Shown: in pieces, positions 28,873 through 41,692 of the stretch
How positions within the stretch are numbered: the first letter of the stretch is position 1
Layout: every line of letters starts with the position of its first letter
Assembly (NCBI RefSeq): GCF_046119375.1
Contig: NW_027362764.1
Location: 799,366,001 to 799,430,000 of the forward strand
Reading direction: 5' to 3'
DNA: 64,000 bases
Source of the DNA: Phyllobates terribilis
Lineage: Eukaryota
The notes under the pieces: generated by a model
Databases searched by the model: none
What the model saw: only the letters and a program-made list of their open reading frames with translations
Told to the model about the DNA's origin: nothing
Program-made: the position numbers and the translations under genes

Positions 28873-29432
28873 TTATATAGAGTGTGAGCGGACCGGAACG
28901 AGAACCGCAGGGATGATGCGTTTCCGGGGCGAGATTTGATACTAAATTTGCATTATCAGCTCCTCCCCTTCTCTCTGATTGGCTGAACACAGATCAGTTG
29001 GTGATTTTGAATTTCCCGCTCATTGTGCTGTAATTTTCCCGCTTCTCTCCTCATCTCGGCGCCGCTGCTGCTCGGAGACTGGAGATCCTGCCTGCTCCAA
29101 TAATGACAGCGGGAGATCCAGGCTGGAAATAGATCAATCTCTGGGAGATCATCATCGATCAGACGCCTCCACCGGCCTGGAGAGCGAAGGGTGTGTGACA
29201 TCAGAGGGAAAGTGAAAGTGGATATAGCTCAGTGGGTATAATCCCTGCTATTGGTGTTTAGCTCAGTGGGTATAATCCTTTCTGCATATAATCATCTATT
29301 AGTGCTTGGCACAGTAGCTATAATGATACTGCTCTGCAGAGATAAGGTGGTGGCACTGATCATACAGCTCTGCAGGAACAAGGTGGTGGCTCTGATAAGA
29401 GCCTTTGTGGTAGGAGGACAGAGCGGCTCCGC

Positions 29433-30074
29433 TTATTTCTTGGCCGCGGGCTTCTTGGCTTTAGTTGCCTTCTTAGCCGGACTCTTGGCAGCTTTTGGTT
29501 TGGCCGCCTTCTTAGCAGGGCTCTTAGTCACCTTCTTGGGCTTCGGAGCGGCCTTCGGCTTCTTGGGGCTCTTGGTTGCTTTCTTGGCCGCGGCTGCTGC
29601 GGGCTTCTTGGCCTTTTTCGGACTTTTCTTGGCCGCGGTCGGAGCCTTCTTGGGCTTCTTTGGGGATTTTGCCGCGGGTTTCTTGGGTTTGGCAGCAGCC
29701 GCCGGCTTCTTCTTGGCCGGCTTGTCCTTGGTCTCCTGCTTCTTGTTCAGCTTGAAGGAGCCGGAGGCGCCGCTGCCCTTCACCTGGAGCAGGGACTCCT
29801 TGGCGACCAGAGTCCTGACGGCCTGCTTCAGGCGGCTGTTGTTCTTCTCCACATCGTAGCCTCCGGCAGCCAGAGCCTTCTTCAGGGCGGCCAGAGACAC
29901 CCCGCTGCGCTCCTTAGAGGCGGACACGGCTTTCACGATCAGCTCGGACACGCTGGGACCGGAGGATTTCTTGCTCTTCTTGGCGCCACCTGCGGCGGAT
30001 TTCTTCGGCTGCTTCTTGGCTTTGCCGGCCGGTTCGGCGGGAGGAGGAGCGGCGGCTGGCGCGGTCTCTGCCAT
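29433..30074 (-). CDS. H1: Linker histone H1, unit B
   Basis: Differs from unit A at KKQPKK/KKQSKK and VSELI/VSDLI; stem-loop at 29388-29403. Confidence 0.97.
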   Translation of the reverse strand: MAETAPAAAPPPAEPAGKAKKQPKKSAAGGAKKSKKSSGPSVSELIVKAVSASKERSGVSLAALKKALAAGGYDVEKNNSRLKQAVRTLVAKESLLQVKGSGASGSFKLNKKQETKDKPAKKKPAAAAKPKKPAAKSPKKPKKAPTAAKKSPKKAKKPAAAAAKKATKSPKKPKAAPKPKKVTKSPAKKAAKPKAAKSPAKKATKAKKPAAKK

Positions 30075-30602
30075 TGTGTGATGAGGAACAGACACAAGAA
30101 TCTCCTGGAAGGAAAACACTGAGGACGGAGCTGGAGGCGCCTCTTATATATACAGTCACACTGCGCACTGATTGGCTGCTTCCTCCTGAGCTTCTATTGG
30201 CTGACACTGGACACAGGCCCCGTCCCTCCTGTCTGAGCCGAGTGAAGCTCCGCTCTCCCTTGTGCTTCCCTGCCCGGGATAAGAGCCCAGTACCGGCCAG
30301 GACCGGGCAGCAGAGCGCGCTTCCTCCGTGTCCTCCTCCTCCCTGACATCTCCCCTACATGTCTACAGCCGTCACTGGCGGAGGAGGAGGCAGGAAGGAG
30401 CCGGAGGATCCGGGATCTCCCCATAGTCCTCCCGGGCTGCACCTCACTGTGTATCTGCGGAGATAAAACTGCTGCGGGAGCTCGTCCCTTCTATTCCCGG
30501 CACCGGTCACCATCACCGGGATCTGTGCCCCGATCTGTATCGTGCAGGAAGCTGATTGTACGATGTGAGGACGACCTGGATCTGCTGAGAGGCCGGAAGG
30601 AG

Positions 30603-31568
30603 ACACAGACGGCGGCTCCGCTCCCTGCAGCTCCTCTCCTGTTATACCTATATCCAGTGTCTGCAGAGTATGGGGGACACAGGCGGCTCCTCTCCCTGCA
30701 GCTCCTCTCCTGTTATATATATATATATATATATCCAGTGTGTGCAGTGTATGGGGGGACACAGGCGGCTCCGCTCCCTGCAGCTCCTCTCCTGTTATAT
30801 ATATATATCCAGTGTGTGCAGTGTATGGGGGACACAGGCGGCTCCTCTCCCTGCAGCTCCTCTCCTGTTATATATATGCAGTGTATGGGGGGACACAGGC
30901 GGCCCCCCCCTGCAGCTCCTCTCCTGTTATATATATATATATCCAGTGTGTGCAGTGTATGGGGGACACAGGCGGCTCCGCTCCCTGCAGCTCCTCTCCT
31001 GTTATATATATATATCCAGTGTGTGCAGTGTATGGGGGACACAGGCGGCTCCTCTCCCTGCAGCTCCTCTCCTGTTATATATATATCCAGTGTGTGCAGT
31101 GTATGGGGGACACAGGCGGCTCCGCTCCCTGCAGCTCCTCTCCTGTTATATATATCCAGTGTGTGCAGTGTATGGGAGACACAGGCGGCTCCGCTCCCTG
31201 CTGCTCCTCTCCTGTTATATCTATATCCAGTGTGTGCAGTGCATGGAGCACACAGGCTCCGCTCCCTGCAGCTCCTCTCCTGTTATATATATATATCCAG
31301 TGTGTGCAGTGTATAGGGGACACAGGCTCCGCTCCCTGCAGCTCCTCTCCTGTTATATATATATATATCTAGTGTGGGCAGTGTATGGAGGAACACAGGC
31401 GGCTCCGCTCCCTGCAGCTCCTCTCCTGTTACATATATATATCCAGTGTGTGCAGTGTATGGGGGACACAGGCGGCTCCTCTCCCTGCAGCTCCTCTCCT
31501 GTTATATATATCCAGTCTGTGCAGAGTATGGGGGACACAGGCGGCTCCTCTCCTTGCAGCTCCTCTCC

Positions 31569-31629
<61 letters not shown>

Positions 31630-32369
31630 CAGTGTGTGCAGTGTATGGGGGACACAGGCGGCTCCTCTCCCTGCAGCTCCTCTCCTGTTATATATATCCA
31701 GTGTGTGCAGTGTATGGGGGACACAGACGGCTCCGCTCCCTGCAGCTCCTCTCCTGTTATATATATATATATATATATATCCAGTGTGTGCAGTGTATGG
31801 GGGGACACAGGCGGCTCCCCCCCCCCGCAGCTCCTCTCCTGTTATATATATATATCCAGTGTGTGCAGTGTATGGGGGACACAGACGGCTCCGCTCCCTG
31901 CAGCTCCTCTCCTGTTATATATATATATTCAGTGTGTGCAGTGTATGGGGGGACACAGGCGGCTCCCCCCCCCTGCAGCTCCTCTCCTGTTATATATATA
32001 TTCAGTGTGTGCAGTGTATGGGGGACACAGGCGGCTCCTCTCCTTGCAGCTCCTCTCCTGTTTTATATATATATATATATATATATCCAGTGTGTGCAGT
32101 GTATGGGGGACACAGGCGGCTCCGCTCCCTGCAGCTCCTCTCCTGTTATATATATATCCAGTGTGTGCAGTGTATAGGGGACACAGGCTCCGCTCCCTGC
32201 AGCTCCTCTCCTGTAATATATATATCCAGTGTGTGCAGTGTATGGGGGACACAGGCGGCTCCTCTCCCTGCAGCTCCTCTCCTGTTATATATATATATAT
32301 CTTGTGTGGGCAGTGTATGGAGGAACACAGGCGGCTCCGCTCCCTGCAGCTCCTCTCCTGTTATATATA
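30603..32369. repeat. H1-upstream (TA)n minisatellite, unit B tract
   Basis: Same unit as 21661-23131. Confidence 0.96.
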
Positions 32370-33356
32370 CAGTACAGACCAAAAGTTTGGACACACCTTC
32401 TCATTTAAAGATTTTTCTGTTTTTTTCATGACTTTGAAAACTGTACATTCACACTGAAGGCATCAAAACTATGAATTAACACATGTGGAATTATATACTT
32501 AACAAAAAAGTGTGAAACAACTGAAAATATGTCTTATATTCTAGGGTCTTCACAGTAGCCACCTTTTGCTTTGATGACTGCTTTGCACACTCTTGGCATT
32601 CTCTTGATGAGCTTCAAGAGGTAGTCACCGGAAATGGTCTTCACTTCACAGGTGTGCCCTGTCAGGTTTAACACTAGAACTACTGATGGAGTCATTTTGA
32701 CTCCTTTCGTTTTTTATTTCTCTTCTGTGACTACATTTTTCAGAATTCCGGCTTGAAACTCGGTGACTTTTCCTCAAATATGATGTGAAAAAAGATTTTG
32801 TGAGAATAAATAATTTTGGTGAAAAATTTGCGCGTTTTTTTTCAAAATTTACCAAGAACTACTGAAGGGAGTCATTTTGACTCCCTACTATATTTTGAGG
32901 TCCTTTTGTCACTAAATGTTGCTATAAAGTTTTGTGCATAATTTTTTCACTCTGTCTTATTTACCCTGATGTTCATATAGATGTAGTTCAATTTACATGT
33001 CAACTTTTCACATTTTCCTTGTGTTTTACCTGCTTGTATTACTGTGTAATGCTGAACAAAATAGCTTGTTTACTCTAGGCTCTTATCTTATGCTAATGAA
33101 GGGTGGTGTTTTTCTAAGGTCCTAGCAGGAGACAGTATTCTGCATAGTAACTTTACTTTCAGTTCAGCTGAAGAGACAAAGAGAACAGACGCAGACATAC
33201 GAGCTCTGAAGACTCATACAGGTATGAATTGTTATGAAATAGTTTAGCTGTCTGTCAACTGATTCAGCCCACCTACTTTTGAAGGTGGCAGAACAGTTAT
33301 TATTTCTTTTAGTTTTCATTTCATTTCTATTTTTCAGCAGGGAACTATATAGAATT

Positions 33357-35597
33357 ATGGAATTTGTGAGGAATATGGAGAGAAGACGTTTGATAAAGCC
33401 TCAGGATATTCTGGCTACTTTGCAATCCATACCGGAGGATGAATCGGAATCCGAATTGCAGGAACATGTATTTGATTCTGACAGTGATGAAGATTTCATT
33501 CCTCAGAACATATCAAGTGAATCTGAAGACTCAGAAGGAACAAATCCAGAAGGTAAGTAGTTATGTGTATTTATTTGTTCTTCCACACACTGAGTTAGGG
33601 CCTGTGCACACTAGCAGAATTCTGGCTGAATAGCCATCTGGATATTCTTGCCGCAATACAGGCCGTACCTGCCCGCTCATGCCTGAAGCTCCGCTCCGAA
33701 CCCCAGGCTGGAGCCGCTGTCAGGGACAGAGCAGCGCTTGCTTACGCGCGAGCTCCGTCCCAGACAGCGGCTCCAGCCCGGGGTTCTGAGCGGAGCTTCA
33801 GGTATGAAACTCCGCTCTGTACCTGAGCGGGCAGGTATGGGCCGGATTGTGGTGAGAATATCCGGTCGGATATTCCGCCGCTAATCCAGCCAGTGTGCAC
33901 GGACCCTTACAAAACAAAAATTCTAAATATTCATCAACTTTTTTACAGATATTCCAAGCACATCAACTGGGGATCGGGCTCATGCAGTTATGTTGCCTCG
34001 TGACCATCCTCCTGGTCGTGGACAGAAAAAATCAGCAAAACGTCCCAGAAATGAAAGAACAACAGATAACGATGGCGGCGAAGGTAATGCAACAACAAAC
34101 ACCAGAGAAGGCGAATCTGAAGGAATACTAGTTTCAGCGGATGGTATTCAATGGAAACCTGTTGAAATTGGAGAACACTTGCCTGGTAGGCGTGACAGCC
34201 AAAATATTCTTCGAGAAGCACCTGGCCCTACAGGATACGCCAGAAGAAATATCATTATCGATAGTCCTTTGAGCGCATGGCGTTTATTTTTTGATTCATA
34301 TATATTGACACATATAAAGAACTGTACGCTTGCAGAAGCATGCAGGAACAATAATTTACAGTTTACTCTATCTGATGAGGAGCTAGATGCATTCATTGCG
34401 ATATTCTATGCTCGTGGAATATCTGGCACGAACCGTCACTCGATTAGCAGTATTTGGTGTAATGACTGGGGAATACCGTTTTGCAAAGCGACAATGTCTA
34501 GGGACCGCTTTGTTGAAATTATGAGGTTTCTCAGATTTGATGAGAAATCTACTCGATCGGAGAGACTGCAAACGGACAAGTTTGCTCTATTTTCTACTGT
34601 GTGGGACAGGTTTATTGAAAATTGTATTGCGTGTTATAAACCTGGCCCATACATAACGGTGGTTGAGCAACTTTTCCCAAGCAAAACTAGGTGTCCATTC
34701 ACGCAGTACATGCCTTCCAAACCAGATAAATATGGCCACAAATATTGGCTAGCTGTTGATAAGAGGAGCAAATATCTGGCAAATGGCTTCCCTTATCTAG
34801 GCAAAGATGACACACGCCGTGCTGAGGACCGTTTAGCTGACCATGTGGTAATGAAGTTATTGGACCCGTTTTTGAAAAAAGGTCGCAATGTTACAACCGA
34901 TAATTATTTTACTTCAGTAAAATTAGCTAAACAGCTCAAAAGCAAAGGAACAACCATCGTGGGAACACTGAACAAGATAAGGCGAGAAGTGCCTAAAGAA
35001 ATAAAATCCATGAAAGAGGAATTGTACAACACTAAAGTGTTTAGAAATGAAGACAATTTTACACTTACAGTATATCAAGGAAAGCCCAACAAAAATGTTG
35101 TCATTTTGAGTTCCGTCCATCCAGATGTTGTTGTTGCGTTTGATTCCGCTAAAAAAACTCCAGAAACGGTAAAGTTTTACAATGAAACAAAATATGGAGT
35201 AGATGTAGTGGATCAGATGGCACGAAAATATACCACACGAACATGCACAAGGAGATGGCCTGTTCATGCATTTGAAAATGCCTTAGACTTTGCGGGTATA
35301 AATGCATGGATAATATTCAAGGAGATTACCCACCAAAAAATGTCACGCAAGGCATTTTTGCAAACGCTTGTGAGAGAGTTGAGTGGTCCTTATGTCACAG
35401 ATAGGGAAAAGGGTTCCACGTCCCAAGTTTCTACATGCTCAGAAGTGATGGTTCAAACAAAATTTTGCCAGATCAAAGAAAAGTGCAAGAAAAATAGATC
35501 TGTCGGAAATTGTAAGACTTGTGGTAAGTCTTTGCGTGGGCAATGTACTGCCATAAATCAAAGACAATGCCTAAAATGCGAAACACCAAATGTTTAG
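33357..35597 (+). CDS. piggyBac (PGBD4-like) transposase, predicted two coding exons (33357-33552, 33949-35597), about 614 aa, first catalytic D apparently V
   Basis: GTAAGT donor at 33553 and TTTTTTACAG acceptor at 33948 join in frame. Motifs TMSRDRF, TVVEQL, PSKPDKYG, TDNYFTS, GVDVVDQ and a Cys-rich tail. Confidence 0.8.
33598..33906. mobile_element. PIF/Harbinger-type MITE inside the predicted piggyBac intron
   Basis: TTA TSD; imperfect TIRs GGGCCTGTGCACACT / AGTGTGCACGGACCC. Confidence 0.8.
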
Positions 35598-36716
35598 AAG
35601 GTGAATTCTGCGCCATATTTTCATTTTTATGCTCCTCCACCTACATTTTCTCTGCTTTTTGTTCTTCAGTTGTTGTTTATATGTGTGCACTTGAATAAAA
35701 AAAAATGTTTGAAAAACGTCTATTATAATTATTGTTATTTTCTGTAGAAAAATAAGAAAAGCAGAAAAAAAACAATCAAAAGCATTACTGTTGGATCTCA
35801 CAATAATAATACATTACAAAAAATATAATTATTAATAAATAAGCACAAATGAAACTCTAAAAATAAACGAAAACAAGCAAGGAGTCAAAATGACTCCTTT
35901 CAGTAGTTCTAGGCGGGGTCACGAGTCCAGTAGTCCTAGTGTTAATAAGTGGGATTTCTTGCTTATAAATGGGGTTGGGACCATCAGTTGTGCTGTGCAG
36001 AAGTCTGGTGGATACACAGCTGATAGTCCTACTGAATAGACTGTTAGCTGCTTTTTTCTTGCCATAATACAAATTCTAAGTAAAGAAAAACGAGTGGCCA
36101 TCATTACTTTAAGAAATGAAGGTCAGTCAGTGCGAAAAATTGGGAAAACTTTGAAAGTGTCCCCAAGTGCAGTTGCAAAAACCATCAAGCGCTACAAAGA
36201 AACTGGCTCACATGAGGACCGCCCCAGGAAAGGAAGACCAAGAGTCACCTCTGCTTCTGAGGATAAGTTTATCCGAGTCACCAGCCTCAGAAATCGCAGG
36301 TTAACAGCAGCTCAGATTAGAGACCAGGTCAATACCACACAGAGTTCTAGCAGCAGACACATCTCTGCAACAACTGTTAAGAGGAGACTTTGTGCAGCCG
36401 GCCTTCGTGGTAAAATAGCTGCTAGGAAACCACTGCTAAGGACAGGCAACAAGCAGAGGAGACTTGTTTGGGCTAAAGAACACAAGGAACGGACATTAGA
36501 CCAGTGGAAATCTGTGCTTTGCTCTGATGAGTCCAAATTTGAGATCTTTGGTTCCAGCCACCGTGTCTTTGTGTGACGCAGAAAAGGTGAACGGATGGAC
36601 TCTACATGCCTGGTTCCCACCGTGAAGCATGGAGGAGGAGGTGTGATGGTGTGGGGGGCTTTGCTGGTGACACTGTTGGGGATTTATTCAAAATTGAAGG
36701 CATACTGAACCAGCAT

Positions 36717-39700
36717 CGCTTTTAAGCAGGTAAGAAAAAGATATTCAGCTCACCTGGCCCAGCCTGCCCAGTCCTCCTTTCCATGATCTCGGTGCTCGGA
36801 ATTAATCCATCCCCATCTGGGAGAAAAATCCTCAGTAAAAGCAAAAAATAGTTTTTCCAGCACACGATGTAGAAAAATTAAAAAAAGCCTTTATTTAATC
36901 CATCGTTAAAAAATACAATTCCAACAGAGATAAAAGCATGTGTAGGCTTACGCGTTTTGGATCATATTTGACCCTTAGTCATAGCATAAAGTACTGAATA
37001 AATGTTGCACTTTTCAAGGAAAAACAGTCAAGGGAAGCTGCCAAGGGTAACACTCAGCCAAAATCAGCTGTGATATCAGCATCACTAATTCAAGGCTAGC
37101 AGTGATCTAAACACTAGTTTAACCCTATAGTACATCCATCCTCTACAAACATATTACAATGTGAACTGTCACTTAGTAATGCACTAATTATTTGATCACT
37201 TTTTACCCAAGTTTATTATATATGTGAATTCACTGAATAATGAATTGATGCACTATTTAAATATATATGTAACAATAAGAGCTTCTAAAAATATCGAACA
37301 TTTGATTTCAAGGGCATACTTTTCCCAAAAAAAAAAAAAAAAACCTTCTCCACTTTAAAACCATATGAAAATGGCTGGAAATTATTACAAAGCGTAATTA
37401 GCATGTTTTGTTTTGTATACTATTAGTTATAGAGTCCCCTAGAGTGATCACAAAAATAAAAAATAAAAATTTTTCTCCTATGTTTATTTATTTATTTTTT
37501 CTTTCTTTTTATTTTTTCTCTCTCTCCTGAAAAAAAAAAAAAAAGGAAAAAATTTTTCATTTCCATTTATTAAATGCCTCAATTTGTCCCAACTTTTTTA
37601 GTATAGATCCATCAATTCATGTTTTAGATTTAGTCCTGCTGGGTGTCTGGTATTTAGTTTTAGAATCTATGGAGCTTCAGTCATCTGGAGTAATTTAACC
37701 CTATCACCACCTCGCCGGGGAGCAGAAACAAATTCCAAAGCACTTACTCGCAGGCTACTTAAATCCCCCTTGTGTTCGTACAAAAAATGCTTGGAAGCCC
37801 CCGAAAGACTGCGGGTAGTGACATTGTTAATGTCATAAATGTGCTCCGACAGTCTTTTTCTTATACTACGGCTTGTAGATCCCACATATTGTTTTCTGCA
37901 TATCGTGCAATAAATGATATAAACACAGTGGTCAGTAGCACAGTTCAGGAAAGTCTTCAGATTACATACTTGACCCTCATTACTTATGACAGACGTGTTA
38001 TTACTTATCATGAATTTGCATAAACCGCATGACTTCTGCCCGCATCTGAATGAGCCCTTAGCGGATAACCATGTACGACCTATTTTACCTGTACTTCTCG
38101 GAGTTCACTTTGGGAGATTACATTTCCTATTGTCAGGGATTTTTTTTGGAACAAATTTACAACCATTTTTTAGAATTTCTCTGAGGGTGCTGTCAGTGGT
38201 TAACAATGGTAGATGTTTTCGAACCACATTAATTACTTTATAATAATTGCTGTGATATGTGCTGGAGAAGATCATTTCTTTAGAGAAATCTTTCCTGTCT
38301 GATTTTTTTGTCTGGAGTAGATACTGATCTCGGCTTTTTTCATTGGCTTTTATTTCAGCTTTTTCAATGGTTTTATGATTATAGCCCCTGTGCTCGAGTA
38401 TCTTTTTAATGTTGTCACATTCTTCCTTATATTTTCTGCCATCAGTACAACACCTGCGAGCTCTGATGAATTCCCCGATGGGGATATTCCTGATTACATG
38501 TTGTGGGTGTTGACTGGAAGCAAAATAGAATTTCCTGAGATTTTTTTGCGGAAAAGCTGACAGTCTACTTTCCTATTCAAACTATCTCCACTCAGCTGTA
38601 TATCCAGAAAGGAAATCGTATCCCTATTGGTGTCTACTGTAAAAGACAGATTTTAAATCATTATCATTAATGTAATCATTAAAACCAGGGACTAAATCAT
38701 CTGATCCTTTCCACACTATCAAGATGTCATCTATAAAACGCAGGTATTGTCCTATGCAGTCTGAATGAGGGTTAGATTCAGAGTAGATGAATTTGGACTC
38801 CCACCAGTTCATGTACAGATTAGCCAGGGACGGGGAGAATTTAGCTCCCATGGAACATCCCTGACACTGGACATAGAACTGGTGGGAGAATATAAAGTCA
38901 TTGTTCTGAAGCAAAAATAGAGTGACATCCAGAATAAATTCTTTCATTACATCAGAATAATTGGAATATGTGTTTAGTTGATCTGTCAATGCTTGCATGG
39001 CTAAACCATGTGGAATGCAAGAATATAATGTTTTTACATCACAGGTAATCCACATGAGATTTTCATCCCAGTTCTGATTTAGCATTACTGATAGTACATG
39101 TTTGCTGTCTTTCAAATAGCTGGGTGACATAACTACCAATGGTTGCAGTCTCCCATCTAGCCAGGAACCTAGTCTTTCCAATAGTGAATCCACACCCGAC
39201 ACTATAGGCCTAAATGGAGGAGGAAAAAGCCCTTTATGAGTTTTTGGTAGGGCATGAAAAATAGGAATTTTGGGATTTTCTGGTAATAGGAATTCTTTTT
39301 GTTTTAAATTAAGAATACCTAAATCTACCCCATCTTGTAGAATTTTCCCCAATTTTTCCTCTATAGTTCGGGTTGGATCCCCATCTATTTTTCTGTATGA
39401 GTGGCTGTCATTTAGAATATTATTAACCTCTCTTGCATATAGGGTCTTATCCAATATTACCACTGATCCCCCCCTTATCAGCATTCTTCACTACAATGTT
39501 TGGGTTGTTTTGTATACTTTTTAGTGCTTGTCTTTCTCCCTTAAATAGATTATCCCCCTTATTACAATTAGAAAATACAGATTTTAATTCCCGTTCCACA
39601 GAAAGCTGAAACTCATCCATAATGGGGGCTCTTGATTGTAAGGGATAAAAATCTATGTTTGGCACTTTAGAAACAACACTGTTATCACCAACAAGATCGT

Positions 39701-40205
39701 AACTTTGTGAAAAATCAGATAAGGAATTAAGTTCTGTCAGGGCAACTTGTTCTTTAAACGAAAGTCCTGCATACCCATTAACTGGCAAAAAAGAAGCATT
39801 AGTTTCAGCAGCTGATTGATCCTGGTCAAAAAAATGTTTCCTGATAGTCAATCTTCTCACAAATTTGTTGACATCCAAGATTGTGGAAAAAAAGTCACCA
39901 TTGTCCTTTGGCACAAAGTTAAGCCCTTTGCGCAATATTTTCAATTCATTGTTCGTAAGGATACATGCAGATTGATTTAGGACCGTAAACTGATTTATTT
40001 GCGGTATCTCGTCCTGTAGTTGTGTTTCCGGTGTTTTAGATCTGTGCTTACGCCCCGCTCTCCTGCAGGATTTTGATTTGGATCTGGGTTTGGAGCTGCA
40101 CCGTTTTTTGCCCCACTAGATCCTTCTCCTGAACCATACCAATCATTTTCATCTTCTTCCGTTTCCCCATCTGTCGTTTCAAGTTCAGAGGAGCTAAAAG
40201 TGACT
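36717..40205 (-). mobile_element. Penelope-like element: fragmented RT plus GIY-YIG endonuclease
   Basis: KGLNFVP (39447-39944); RT with PFRPIVSG, TCDVKTLY, QGCSMGAKFSPSLANLYM, RFIDD (38624-39484); VYIIYCTICRKQYVGSTSR..RKRLSEH (37667-38011). Confidence 0.92.
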
Positions 40206-40482
40206 CGTGTCCTCCTCCTCCCTGACATCTCCCCTACATGTCTACAGCCGTCACTGGCGGAGGAGGAGGCAGGAAGGAGCCGGAGGAGCCGGGATCTCCC
40301 CATAGTCCTCCCGGGCTGCACCTCACTGTGTATCTGCGGAGATAAAACTGCTGCGGGAGCTCGTCCCTTCTATTCCCGGCACCGGTCACCATCACCGGGA
40401 TCTGTGCCCAAATCTGTATCGTGCAGGAAGCTGATTGTACGATGTGAGGACGACCTGGATCTGCTGAGAGGCCGGAAGGAGA
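40206..40482. other. Orphan H1 far-upstream block of a third histone unit
   Basis: Near-identical to 21384-21660 and about 30327-30602 and followed by the same satellite. The H1 promoter and gene are absent. Confidence 0.9.
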
Positions 40483-41692
40483 CACAGACGGCGGCTCCTC
40501 TCCCTGCAGCTCCTCTCCTGTTATATCTATATCCAGTGTGTGCAGTGTATGGGGGACACAGGCTCCGCTCCCTGCAGCTCCTCTCCTGTTATATATATAT
40601 ATATATATCCAGTGTGTGTAGTGTATGGGGGACACAGGCGGCTCCTCTCCCTGCAGCTCCTCTCCTGTTATATATATATATCCAGTGTGTGCAGTGTATG
40701 GGGGACACAGGCGGCTCCTCTCCCTGCAGCTCCTCTCCTGTTATATATATTTATCCAGTGTGTGCAGTGTATGGGGGACACAGGCGGCTCCTCTCCCTGC
40801 AGCTCCTCTCCTGTTATATATATATCCAGTGTGTACACTGTATGTGGTACACAGGCGGCTCCGCTAATTGCAGCTCCTCTCCTGTTATATATATCCAGTG
40901 TGTGCAGTGTATGGGGGACACACGCGGCTCCTCTCCTTGCAGCTCCTCTCCTGTTATATATATATATATATATATATATCCAGTGTGTGCAGTGTATGGG
41001 GGACACAGGCGGCTCCGCTAATTGCAGCTCCTCTCCTGTTATATATATCCAGTGTGTGCAGTGTATGGGGGACACAGGCGGCTCCTCTCCCTGCAGCTCC
41101 TCTCCTGTTATATATATATCCAGAGTGTACACTGTATGTGGTACACAGGCGGCTCCGCTCCCTGCAGCTCCTCTCCTGTTATATATATATATCCAGTGTG
41201 TGCAGTGTATGGGGGACACAGGCGGCTCCGCTCCCTGCAGCTCCTCTCCTGTTATATATATATATATATCCAGTGTGTACAGTGTATGGGGGACACAGGC
41301 GGCTCCTCTCCCTGCAGCTCCTCTCCTGTTATATATATATCCAGTGTGTACACTGTATGTGGTACACAGGCGGCTCCGCTCCCTGCAGCTCCTCTCCTGT
41401 TATATATATATATCCAGTGTGTGCAGTGTATGGGGGACACAGGCGGCTCCACTCCCTGCAGCTCCTCTCCTGTTATATATATATCCAGTGTGTACAGTGT
41501 ATGGGGGACACAGGAGGCTGCGCTCCCTGCAGCTCCTCTCCTGTTATATATATATCCAGTGTGTGCAGTGTATGTGGGACACAGGAGGCTCCGCTCCCTG
41601 CAGCTCCTCTCCTATTATATATATCCAGTGTGTACAGTGTATGGGGGACACAGGCGGCTCCACTCTCTGCAGCTCCTCTCCTGTTATATATC

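Larger units (their letters stand above)
32672..35941 (+). mobile_element. piggyBac-like element, 3270 bp
   Basis: TTAA TSD (32668-32671 and 35942-35945); TIRs CACTAGAACTACTG / CAGTAGTCCTAGTG; subterminal GGAGTCATTTTGACTCC palindromes. Confidence 0.95.
32370..36716 (+). mobile_element. Tc1 copy, plus strand, interrupted by piggyBac at a TTAA and 3'-truncated by a Penelope element
   Basis: TIR at 32370; Tc1 sequence resumes at 35942 after the duplicated TTAA; ORF fragment 36094-36576. Confidence 0.92.
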
